Assembly (NCBI GenBank): GCA_963825865.1
Contig: CAWGVG010000025.1
Location: 1 to 30,689, forward strand
DNA length: 30,689 bases
Source of the DNA: an uncultured Nitrososphaeraceae archaeon
GTDB taxonomy: Archaea; Thermoproteota; Nitrososphaeria; Nitrososphaerales; Nitrososphaeraceae
Direction: 5' to 3'
The notes beneath the pieces were generated by a model. That model saw only the letters and a program-made list of their open reading frames with translations, was not told the DNA's origin and did not search any database. Of the stretch, positions 9,849 through 17,810 are shown piece by piece. The position numbers and the translations under genes are program-made. Position 1 is the first letter of the stretch; every line of letters begins with the position of its first letter.

Positions 9849-10526
9849 CTATTTCTCACAATAGCAGTACCTAAGCAGATCTCTTTTTTCAAGACCCAGT
9901 AAGTTTTCTAGCGAAATGCTGGAATTTTTCGTTTCTCGAGAATAACACCTCTCATAATACTTGCATTTGATGCAAAAATCACATGGCTCCACTATTGGAA
10001 CTTTGCTTTCTTTCAATAATGTACTCAATACTCGTGCTCGTCGCAAAATCTCTTCGAACATTCTATTATTTTTAGTAACAGAAAACTCTAGGGTCTTTCC
10101 TTCGCTGCTAATATATATCAGAATGCCATCACTCTTGTTAAAGGCAAACAGACAGGCATTAAGATATAGTAGATCTCTGGGGTGAGGAATTTCTGGAAGG
10201 TTTACTACAACTTCAAACCTTACAACAAATTCGTTATTGATTACCATATCTGCAACAACTTCAAGTATTAAATTGTTAGTTTTGTATTCGCCACGAACAT
10301 TATTCAATGAACGTCTGAGGCCTTCCAGGAGCAGAAAAGACATTCTTGTAGTATTGTCAGAAGGAAGGAAGTCTTTGCGTTCATAATACGACAATCGAGT
10401 ACATCGAGAAGCTTCAATAGCATTGATTCTGTTTGGATCGTCCTTGCATATCTTCTGGTTGGCGTCCTCATATATTTTATCAAGTGCCTTTTCAATCACC
10501 CTCCTTACGTCCCTATCGCCAAGCAT
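9849..10526 (-). CDS. Solo Cas4-like (RecB-fold, 4Fe-4S) protein with degenerate nuclease motifs
   Basis: N-terminal EASRCTRLSYY cysteine plus C-terminal CIKCKYYERC (CxxC-x5-C), the split four-Cys arrangement of Cas4; no adjacent cas genes or array. Confidence 0.78.
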   Translation of the reverse strand: MLGDRDVRRVIEKALDKIYEDANQKICKDDPNRINAIEASRCTRLSYYERKDFLPSDNTTRMSFLLLEGLRRSLNNVRGEYKTNNLILEVVADMVINNEFVVRFEVVVNLPEIPHPRDLLYLNACLFAFNKSDGILIYISSEGKTLEFSVTKNNRMFEEILRRARVLSTLLKESKVPIVEPCDFCIKCKYYERCYSRETKNSSISLENLLGLEKRDLLRYCYCEK

Positions 10527-10823
10527 CTTTTACAGATTAGCATTTGAAGTATTTATAGTTGGAAATGTAGTAGCATCTTTTTCTGTGTTAGCATTTTTTC
10601 CATGGAAGATTATCTTTTTGGATAGTCAAGACAACAGTGTCATAGAGCTTGAGGATCTTACTGATGATATAAAACAAACCTTCATTCATGATTATAAAAC
10701 CTGCTGTAGTGATAATATTATACGAAGGTAGTCAAAATGAAAGGAATATCATAAGATGAGCGTAGAGGCTTTAATAAGTACAACTCAATTATACTAAAAC
10801 ACCATAAACCTCTGCTAACACAT

Positions 10824-10927
10824 ATGAGCAGCCAAATATACGCCATTGAAAATGCGAAACATGTGATAATCTGTTTTGGACATCAAAAGAATCGAGGCAG
10901 CATAAGCAAGAATATCGCGCATACTAG
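10824..10927 (+). pseudogene. C2H2-type zinc-finger microprotein, frameshifted or degenerate
   Basis: Frame from 10850 reads KCETCDNLFWTSKESRQHKQEYRAY* (CxxC-x3-F-x8-H, second His replaced by Arg); ATG 10824 is out of frame. Confidence 0.45.
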
Positions 10928-11310
10928 TAGTAGTAGTGATAGAGATGGTGGAGGAAATACAAGTGATTAATACCCTGAGGAAGCACCTTAAAACCAGTAA
11001 ATATAGAATTTCAGTTACATCATAAACGCAACAACAACTGGTGGAGGAGCAGCATTGATTTATTTTAAGCAATAATTCACAACAAATGCATATTTATTGG
11101 CCGAAGTTTTATGCTATTCTTTGGAAAAATATTTCATACCACTTTTGCAATTGCCAGACTTAACATTATAGCATATGCAACCATCTTTGATTCTTGCATT
11201 ATGGAATGAAATTGGGTATTGGATATTTGATCCTTTGCTATTTGGTACTAATGTGTTATATGGTCCCAATACTGTCTCGATACTAACAGTAATTTTGTCC
11301 TTCTATCAAT

Positions 11311-11352
11311 AATATCCAAAGAAATACAAGATTGATCTTTTCTTTGGATATT
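11311..11352. repeat. Perfect 14-bp inverted repeat with 14-nt spacer
   Basis: AATATCCAAAGAAA (11311-11324) and TTTCTTTGGATATT (11339-11352). Confidence 0.8.
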
Positions 11353-11507
11353 CACCATCGTGTATTTTGTGAATAGTTTCCTAATGTTATTATTCTAACG
11401 AGCCGATGCCACACACATACGTATATGTCAATCAGTCAGGAGTTGAAAGTATTTTTAACCGGATAGTTAGATAATCAACTATAGTTGGTTGACTCACAAT
11501 ATGATAT

Positions 11508-11795
11508 ATGTTATCTAACGACGAGATAGTATCAAATATTGTAGATTTGGATAATGGATGGGAATTAAAAGATGGAAAGATTGTGAAATCATTTCAATTC
11601 GCTAGCTTTATGAATGCTATTGAGTTTGTAAATGAAATTGCAAAGGTTGCTGAGAGACTTGACCATCACCCAATTATTACCATTAACTGGAAGAGTGTTA
11701 AACTTTCTTTAAAATCATTTGATATTGACGCCATAACAAAACGAGATATTGGACTGGCTAAGGAAATAGAAAAAGTAGTTAAAACAAGTAAATAA
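11508..11795 (+). CDS. Pterin-4a-carbinolamine dehydratase (PhhB/PCD) family protein
   Basis: GW......I.KSFQF..FMNAIEFVNEIAKVAE..DHHP.I.INW..V.L, then IT.RDI.LA.EIE. Confidence 0.88.
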   Translation: MLSNDEIVSNIVDLDNGWELKDGKIVKSFQFASFMNAIEFVNEIAKVAERLDHHPIITINWKSVKLSLKSFDIDAITKRDIGLAKEIEKVVKTSK

Positions 11796-12042
11796 CGCAA
11801 ATACACATCCAAAAACAGTAATAAAGTTGTTGTAACGACAATATACACAGAATTGTCGTTAGTAGAGTAACTGCATAAGCAATTTATATTTATAAAACTG
11901 AATAATGCTCATAAATGATATATCAAGCATACCTATAGATACAACATCCTTGTAATTGTAAATACTATAATCTTGGAATTTGGGCTCTGCTGTTAGGTTC
12001 ACAAGAACAGATCATACGTCATTATGGCTTTATTCCTGAGTA

Positions 12043-12104
<62 letters not shown>

Positions 12105-12466
12105 CTCATGATGACGGTGGCAATACAAGTTACTCCCCTCATCCATTCTTACTACCGCCATCGTCGTCTTCATCATCAGACATCCTAACACGGTTATTCT
12201 CTTCAACGTTCATACAAGCCAAAATTGCACACCTTGCATTTAACACGCTAGCATTAGTTGAAAATTCGTACATAAACTGGAGCATAAACGTCTTAGCTTT
12301 ACATGATACGCTTCAATAGAGAACAAGTACCGTACAAAGATTTTAAAACAAATGAGGTAATACAAGGCAAATTCTCAGAGCGATACTTTTTTGAAGCATA
12401 CAATATCACTGACTCCGATCATCTGTTCGAACTCTATTTGGGAAATCATCCCAAAGACTCGGGAAT

Positions 12467-13728
12467 TTAAAATCCCGATCTTATGGGATCTTCCGGCTTC
12501 ATCAGCTCTCGTAATAGCGTTGTAGCATATGATCCTTTTGGTAATTTGAAACATAGTGTAAGCGCATCTGTATATGAGAAATCTCTACAATAAAGTGGAG
12601 CCTGCCTGAAACCTCCTTGTGCACTTAATTCTTGCATTTCCTTTATGTAAAATTCTTTTGCTGAGATAACCTCTTCCTGCATTATCTTTTGTGTAATTAA
12701 TTCAAATCTTCCTTTGCCGGGTTGAAAAGCATATCCTACTAGCATTATTGCTGGAACTATTTTTTTTGAATCTAAATCTAGATTAGGGTTCAGCCTTCTT
12801 ATTCTGCCAAAGATTATCTGACCCTCCATTTCAAAGCAAAGGTCACCTTCCTTACCTTTGAGTACACTCTCACCACTTAAAATTGCAATGCTTAGGCATT
12901 TATTAAACAGATATGCCTGATAAGCCTGAACAAATAATCTGCGAATAGTAATTGGAATAGATCGCAATGCTGCTATATATCCTTCACCCTTTACTAACGC
13001 GGAGATTACTTGATATTCAATGTCCATTCCTTTCGGTAGTTGTTTAAGTACTTGAGAATAGTTTTTTGGATCACGACATTTCCCTCTGACTTCTCTACTT
13101 ATTGAAGAATCATAATCTGTACTATAAGACAAGAGAAGCTCTACTGCGTTTTTGAAATTTCTCTTAACAATTTCTCTTCCTACAAGATGAGTTATCATTC
13201 TTTTGCTTCCAAATCTTTGCAGCCCATAAAAATTGGCGATATTTTTTAATTCGGGCACAAAAGCAGAGATGTTTGAAAATTTTGGATTATTAATAGCAAT
13301 TGTAAATTCATTTCCATGGAGGAAAGATTTTCTTAATGGAGTTTTAGTGAACCCCTTCAAAGTCAGAAGTGTATGCTGCGTTTTTGCTTCTCTTGGAATG
13401 TTTTTTGTTTGTTCTGAGCTCGCGTATTGCCGCGTAACAGCCTTTGCATCCTTGATTCCCACAACTTTAAGTCTGATTCCGAGTTCTTTTTTTATTTCAA
13501 AAAGTGCATGGTTTGAATCTATACTTCTTGTGTTTAAAATATAAAGTGGAAATCTATGATTCTCATCCCATATAGATGATAAATTGTTAAGAAACAATTC
13601 ATCTATTATTTCTGATACTTTAAATCCCTCATCATTTTGCTTTATTAGCCCACGGACCCCATTGAAGTGAGTGCAATAACATTGTATGCCAGCGAGTCAT
13701 CAATTTTTGGAATAAAGACATTATTCAT
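12467..13728 (-). CDS. truD: tRNA pseudouridine(13) synthase TruD, -1 frameshift near 13695-13700
   Basis: VGIKDAKAVTRQ (catalytic Asp), GNEFTI, NFYGLQRFG, LFVQAYQAYLFN, FKLPKGSYATTLLRELMK; N-terminus MNNVFIPKID / LAGIQCYCTHFNGVRGLIKQNDEGFKVSEI reconstructed upstream of 13597. Confidence 0.92.
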
Positions 13729-14051
13729 CAAATGTATTTGAAAGAGGTTTAAACTATCATAAATGTATCTCTAGAATTATTATCAACCTTTTTTGATGCT
13801 TTTACTTCAAACATGTGTGTATATGTATATATGTATATATATTTGAATGATGAAACTGGCCTTTGACGTAGTTAATTTTATCTCTTAGTGGTATACACTA
13901 ATCATATTTATTATCCCTATAAATATAAGGATGATATCAAAATAAAAATTAAATCAATCACTTTAAGATATAAAAAATAAGAAATGACCTTCTATAATAA
14001 TTTTTCAGAATATAAAAAACAAATGAGGAGATAAGATGATTGTTAGGATCA

Positions 14052-14853
14052 ATGAAAAATAGTAATAAAACTACGGTTTTAACAATGGTAGTATCGTTAC
14101 TAGTCGCTTTTGTGCTAGTAATGAGTGGACCTGAAGGGAGTATGATGATAAACAGCAATTATGTCTATGCGCTAAATCATAAGGAGGAGCGGTGGAGGAT
14201 CAAGTGGTGGAGGCGGCGGTGGAGGAGGTAGGAGGTGGCGGTGGTAGTCGCAGTAGTAAAGGAGGAAGTTATGGCGGTGGAGGAGCAGTGGACGGTGGTA
14301 GCGACAAAGGTGGAGAGCAGACGGAGGCGGAGGTAAAGATGGCGACAAAGGCAGTAGTAGCAGATAAAGGTAGCGGTGGAGATTCAAGCAAAACGTCTGT
14401 TGGTGATAGTAGCAATGGTAGGTGGAACAACTGGGTGGTGGCGGAGGACAATCTGGCGGATAACGATGGAGGACGCAGGAGGAACAACAGTAACCCATAA
14501 TCCTAACGACGATGGTTTTACAAATAAAGATGGTCCACAGCCAGGTTTTCCATAATCCTCCTATCATGTGTTCTCTGGGTCCATGTGGACATGGTGATGG
14601 AAAGGATCATATTCTTTTGTAGGACTCATCCAGGAGTTTGCCATCATGACATCACGACGGCGACCATGATAATGTCAAGGTGATTCATAGAACAGTAGTA
14701 GTCCATGACAGAGATAACAACCAACAAACAATACTACTAAACACAAATACACAAACAGGCACTTGTTTTGTATCTTCACAAGAGGTTGTAAATGTGCCAG
14801 ACTTAGTTACACAATTGCTAAACCAATGCACTTCTGTAACTATAACGCCTTAA
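14052..14853 (+). CDS. Secreted Gly/Ser/Asp-rich low-complexity protein with a Cys/His-rich segment; several frameshifts
   Basis: Signal peptide MKNSNKTTVLTMVVSLLVAFVLVMSG...VYA; GGN-rich tract 14182-14480; final frame HHDGDHDNVKVIHRTVVVH...TCFVSSQEVVNVPDLVTQLLNQCTSVTITP* ends at 14853. Confidence 0.6.
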
Positions 14854-14859
14854 CTAATC

Positions 14860-14874
14860 TTTTTTTCTTTTTTT
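14860..14874 (+). terminator. Archaeal oligo-T terminator between convergent genes
   Basis: T7-C-T7 beginning 7 nt after stop codon 14853. Confidence 0.55.
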
Positions 14875-14902
14875 GCTTTCAAAGACTAAAAGTTTGATCT
14901 TG

Positions 14903-15224
14903 CTATAAAAAGTCCTCTCTATTATATGGCAATATTCTCTTTTTAATAGTAATAGAAATCATTCCATTAATTTGTTCGTATAGGTTTAATAAGCGTCTTC
15001 CTTTGTCTGTAGATACAAAAAAGATTTTTTTTCTTTTATTTGCTTCTTTTGCTTCTTTAATTTCTATTAACCCTTTTTCAAACATGAATGTAAGGTATTC
15101 TTGCATCATGGTATAAGGTATAAACACATGATACATAATTTCTGTTTTAGTGGCTCCATAACTTCTGCTACCTGTAACTTCAAGAATTGATGCAATTATT
15201 TCAAATCTTCAATCTATATTTCAT
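14903..15224 (-). CDS. Archaeal winged helix-turn-helix regulator (HTH_45-like), +1 frameshift near 15207
   Basis: Reconstructed MKYR..FEIIASILEVTGSRSYGATKTEIMYHVFIPYTMMQEYLTFMFEKGLI...STDKGRRLLNLYEQI matches the family pattern. Confidence 0.78.
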
Positions 15225-15351
15225 TTTCTAGATTTTATCTATATTTATATTAGTTAGTTAAATGGGTCTTTCAATTTATTATACATCAGCATTAAAATAT
15301 TATGTAATATAAAAATGCTAATAACTCATCTTAGGATGCCCTAATTATAAA

Positions 15352-15672
15352 ATGAATATGTTCCACACGCATTCTATAGATAAATTGAGCAACGCATCAG
15401 GTATAACTACGTCATCATCAACACCTGCACCTACTATATCACTAACAGGCAATTACACTGCATTCAAAGGTATTGCAGATGTTAACACAAATGGTAAATT
15501 GAAATGGAAGGATGTACCTGTAATTGTGCATATAATAAATGGCAACATACTAAATCTAACAATGGATGAAAGAAAGACAGACGATCACTTCAAAGGACTT
15601 CCTGTATTTGGTACAGTTACATCGCTGACAGATGAGAATAATAAGGAATTGAGGACTGTATCTTCTGACTAG
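15352..15672 (+). CDS. Hypothetical protein, probably the C-terminal fragment of a secreted Nitrososphaera-type family
   Basis: Motifs HTHSI, FKGIADV.TNG...WKDVPV...I.NGN.L.L..D...TDDHFKGLPVFGTV; no signal peptide or N-terminal part upstream. Family assignment is from recall and was not searched. Confidence 0.55.
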   Translation: MNMFHTHSIDKLSNASGITTSSSTPAPTISLTGNYTAFKGIADVNTNGKLKWKDVPVIVHIINGNILNLTMDERKTDDHFKGLPVFGTVTSLTDENNKELRTVSSD

Positions 15673-15733
15673 TAGTACTACACATTTTATTAATTATCTA
15701 TCCTCTCTGTCTTTTGTTGTTGTAGTCATACTA

Positions 15734-15974
15734 TTAGGCCACTAATCCTTTTTTATAATGAGTATCTACAAAGTGTCTACATGAACGATAAAGACAAGGT
15801 TCAGTACCAGTAAAGTGCACACAGCGGCACTTTGTCGTTTTAGCCTTTTGTATTAACAAGTGCTCTTTATCTGGATTGAAATTCTTTTTTGAAGCAATCA
15901 GAGCTATCGGTACTTGTGTCAGCAATATGCATAGTACTTCGCCTGTCTAACTGAAGGGGTTCGAATGGACTCAT
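15734..15974 (-). CDS. Small Cys/His-rich hypothetical protein (+1 frameshift joins ATG 15974 to ORF 15734..15925)
   Basis: ATG directly abuts the upstream stop (TAAATG), with AAGGAG upstream; C-terminus KCRCVHFTGTEPCLYRSCRHFVDTH. Confidence 0.5.
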
Positions 15975-16139
15975 TTAGTAGCATCTAACTCCTTCTTTAG
16001 AAACCCTTGTTGTTGCTATTGCTACTGTTGATAGTATATCTCTTAATTCCTGCATGGAGCCAATGCAATATTCACTATATGCGATCTGTATGGTTTTGTC
16101 ACATACTAGACATACTCTTTGTTTTTTCAGATTATTCAT
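15975..16139 (-). CDS. 54-aa CxxC microprotein divergent from the RHH gene
   Basis: MNNLKKQRVCLVCDKTIQIAYSEYCIGSMQELRDILSTVAIATTRVSKEGVRCY*; start ~35 nt downstream of the minus-strand TTTATATG box. Confidence 0.5.
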   Translation of the reverse strand: MNNLKKQRVCLVCDKTIQIAYSEYCIGSMQELRDILSTVAIATTRVSKEGVRCY

Positions 16140-16154
16140 ATACAATCAAACATT

Positions 16155-16242
16155 ATCTGGCATTCTGGCACATATAAATTTATATGGCAATCAGACTATA
16201 TGACTATATGTTTATATGGACGTATGAATATATAGCTTATAA
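16155..16242. promoter_or_regulatory. Divergent promoter/operator with an 8-bp phased repeat array and a 16-bp palindrome
   Basis: CATATAAATTTATATG palindrome 16171-16186; TATATG at 16181, 16197, 16205, 16213 with degenerate copies at 16221 and 16229 (all in 8-bp phase); TCTGGCA at 16156 and 16164. Confidence 0.72.
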
Positions 16243-16431
16243 ATGCAGCAAGTAACAACAGCATTGAAGCCAGATGGTAAAGACTATAAAGCCACTTTTA
16301 GAATGCCTCCAGATCTGTTTTGGGATTTGAAGCAACTGGCAGTGGATAAAAGAACTAATGTCACGGAGTTGGTAAACGAAGCACTTCGTGACATTTTGGT
16401 AAAATATGGTAAAAGGAAAGATAAGAAATGA
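16243..16431 (+). CDS. Ribbon-helix-helix (CopG/ParG-like) DNA-binding protein
   Basis: KATFRMPPDLFWDLKQLAVDKRTNVTELVNEALRDIL: beta strand with alternating residues followed by two helices, the classic RHH pattern. Confidence 0.85.
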   Translation: MQQVTTALKPDGKDYKATFRMPPDLFWDLKQLAVDKRTNVTELVNEALRDILVKYGKRKDKK

Positions 16432-16544
16432 CTGATAATTGGCAAGAATTAAGGACCAAAGTATCAGATAAAGAAGCAGATAAAGATAAAGAAACAGAAC
16501 TTGACAGTCTAATATTAGACCTATACAAACTAGAGGTGAAATAA
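16428..16544 (+). CDS. 38-aa microprotein translationally coupled to the RHH gene
   Basis: ATGA start/stop overlap at 16428-16431; MTDNWQELRTKVSDKEADKDKETELDSLILDLYKLEVK*. Confidence 0.5.
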   Translation: MTDNWQELRTKVSDKEADKDKETELDSLILDLYKLEVK

Positions 16545-16609
16545 AATAAAATAAAATAAAACAACTTTTATTAATTTCTGGCTGTCAACAACAAAACTGT
16601 AAATAACTA

Positions 16610-16843
16610 TTGGTTTCTTTTTCAGTTAAAAGATATGTTCGACAAAGCGATCGTTGGGAATATATCAGTTATTACGATTCTAATAACAATTTTAGAGGCA
16701 TCGCATCATTTCCTTTGAAGGAGCAAGCAGAAAGATATCTCGAGTCATATCAAATAAAGATCAATGGCCGATTAAACGTATATGGAAAACAGATTACGGC
16801 ATCTCTTAACAAAAAACTTCTTTTAAAAGTGTTTGTTGAATAA
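16610..16843 (+). CDS. Hypothetical protein
   Basis: 77-aa ORF, co-oriented with the RHH operon; SFPLKEQAERYL resembles FxTKEEA-type motifs. Confidence 0.5.
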   Translation: MVSFSVKRYVRQSDRWEYISYYDSNNNFRGIASFPLKEQAERYLESYQIKINGRLNVYGKQITASLNKKLLLKVFVE

Positions 16844-16922
16844 GAAGGAATTTCTTCTAATGACACTAGAGTTAATTAACTGGAGAAATGTAAGTTATCA
16901 TTGGTAATTAGTGATTAGTTAG

Positions 16923-17156
16923 TTGGGGTGCAAAGGTATATGCGGCTTGTATTACAAAGCAACAAAGTCCAAAGGTAAAGGAAATACAGGAGGAGGTCGT
17001 TATTCTATGGGACAGAAAAGGTGTCAAATATGTTCTATATTCATAAATTACAATAAAAGTGTGTATTGTCCTTGCTGTCATTGCAAGACCAGATCTAGAC
17101 CAAGAAACAATAACCAGCGTTCCAAACTTTTAGATGGAGTAATTGTAAGACATTAA
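16923..17156 (+). CDS. Small basic zinc-finger protein of a type seen in Nitrososphaerota
   Basis: CKGIC..YKA, RY..GQKRCQICSIFI, CPCCHCKTRSRPRN. Confidence 0.72.
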   Translation: MGCKGICGLYYKATKSKGKGNTGGGRYSMGQKRCQICSIFINYNKSVYCPCCHCKTRSRPRNNNQRSKLLDGVIVRH

Positions 17157-17162
17157 TTAACT

Positions 17163-17269
17163 AACTAACAAAAGGTTAGTTGACAACACAAGGTTAATGT
17201 AGAAGCAGCTTTAGCTGAGTCCACATTAATCCTGTCATCGAATAAGAATGATCTGTTGTTGTTGTCAAC
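17163..17269. other. Multi-stem structured intergenic element
   Basis: GTTGACAACA 17179-17188 / TGTTGTCAAC 17260-17269; TTAATGT 17194-17200 / ACATTAA 17223-17229; CAGC/GCTG 17206-17217; overlapping hairpin AACTAAC/GTTAGTT 17163-17181. Confidence 0.55.
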
Positions 17270-17331
17270 GATAAGAACATTCGTTAGTCTAACTCTTATA
17301 TACTACAGGTATAGATCATGATACTAGATAA

Positions 17332-17578
17332 ATGACAACAAGCAACAAGATTATAGCAGTTGCTGCTGTATTAACGGCGGCAACATTAGTGTTAGCAGTA
17401 GCAGCCACTACAATCGCAACTACACAATCAGCATTCGCTTCTAACCGGCAACGGCAATACAAAAACCATTCAGAGAAACGAACAACATAAATCAGTAAGT
17501 GGATCTGGTAACACAGTCCACCAAGAACATCATAATATAATTAGCTCGGGTGGCGGTGGATGTGGTAGTACCTGTTGA
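17332..17578 (+). pseudogene. Small secreted peptide gene, frameshifted
   Basis: Pieces read IAVAAVLTAATLVLAVAATTIATTQSAFA (signal peptide ending AFA), GNGNTKTIQRNEQHKSVSGSGNTVHQEHHNIISSGGGGCGSTC*. Confidence 0.55.
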
Positions 17579-17810
17579 CCGGGATAGGAACAGTAAGATT
17601 TAGTATACTCAGCAGAAATTAGAAAGAAGCCAACAGATAAAAGATGAATATGGTCTAAAGTGCTGGTGGACTACAACCATACGACTCACTCGGTCCACTC
17701 TTTTAGGCATCAAATCGCTTTCTTTTATTTTCTTTAGAACATCACACTAACTAACCAAATGTAACTAAATGTGTTCAAAACTTACGCTTTTATGAACACA
17801 AATTGATTTA

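Noticed and set aside
13812-13842. Alternating GT/AT tract with two TATATG 8 bp apart
   Set aside because: Explained by low-complexity purine-pyrimidine slippage; not distinguishable from chance.
14172-14567. Pro-rich minus-strand ORFs 14172..14567 and 14269..14487
   Set aside because: Reverse complement of the Gly-rich secreted gene.
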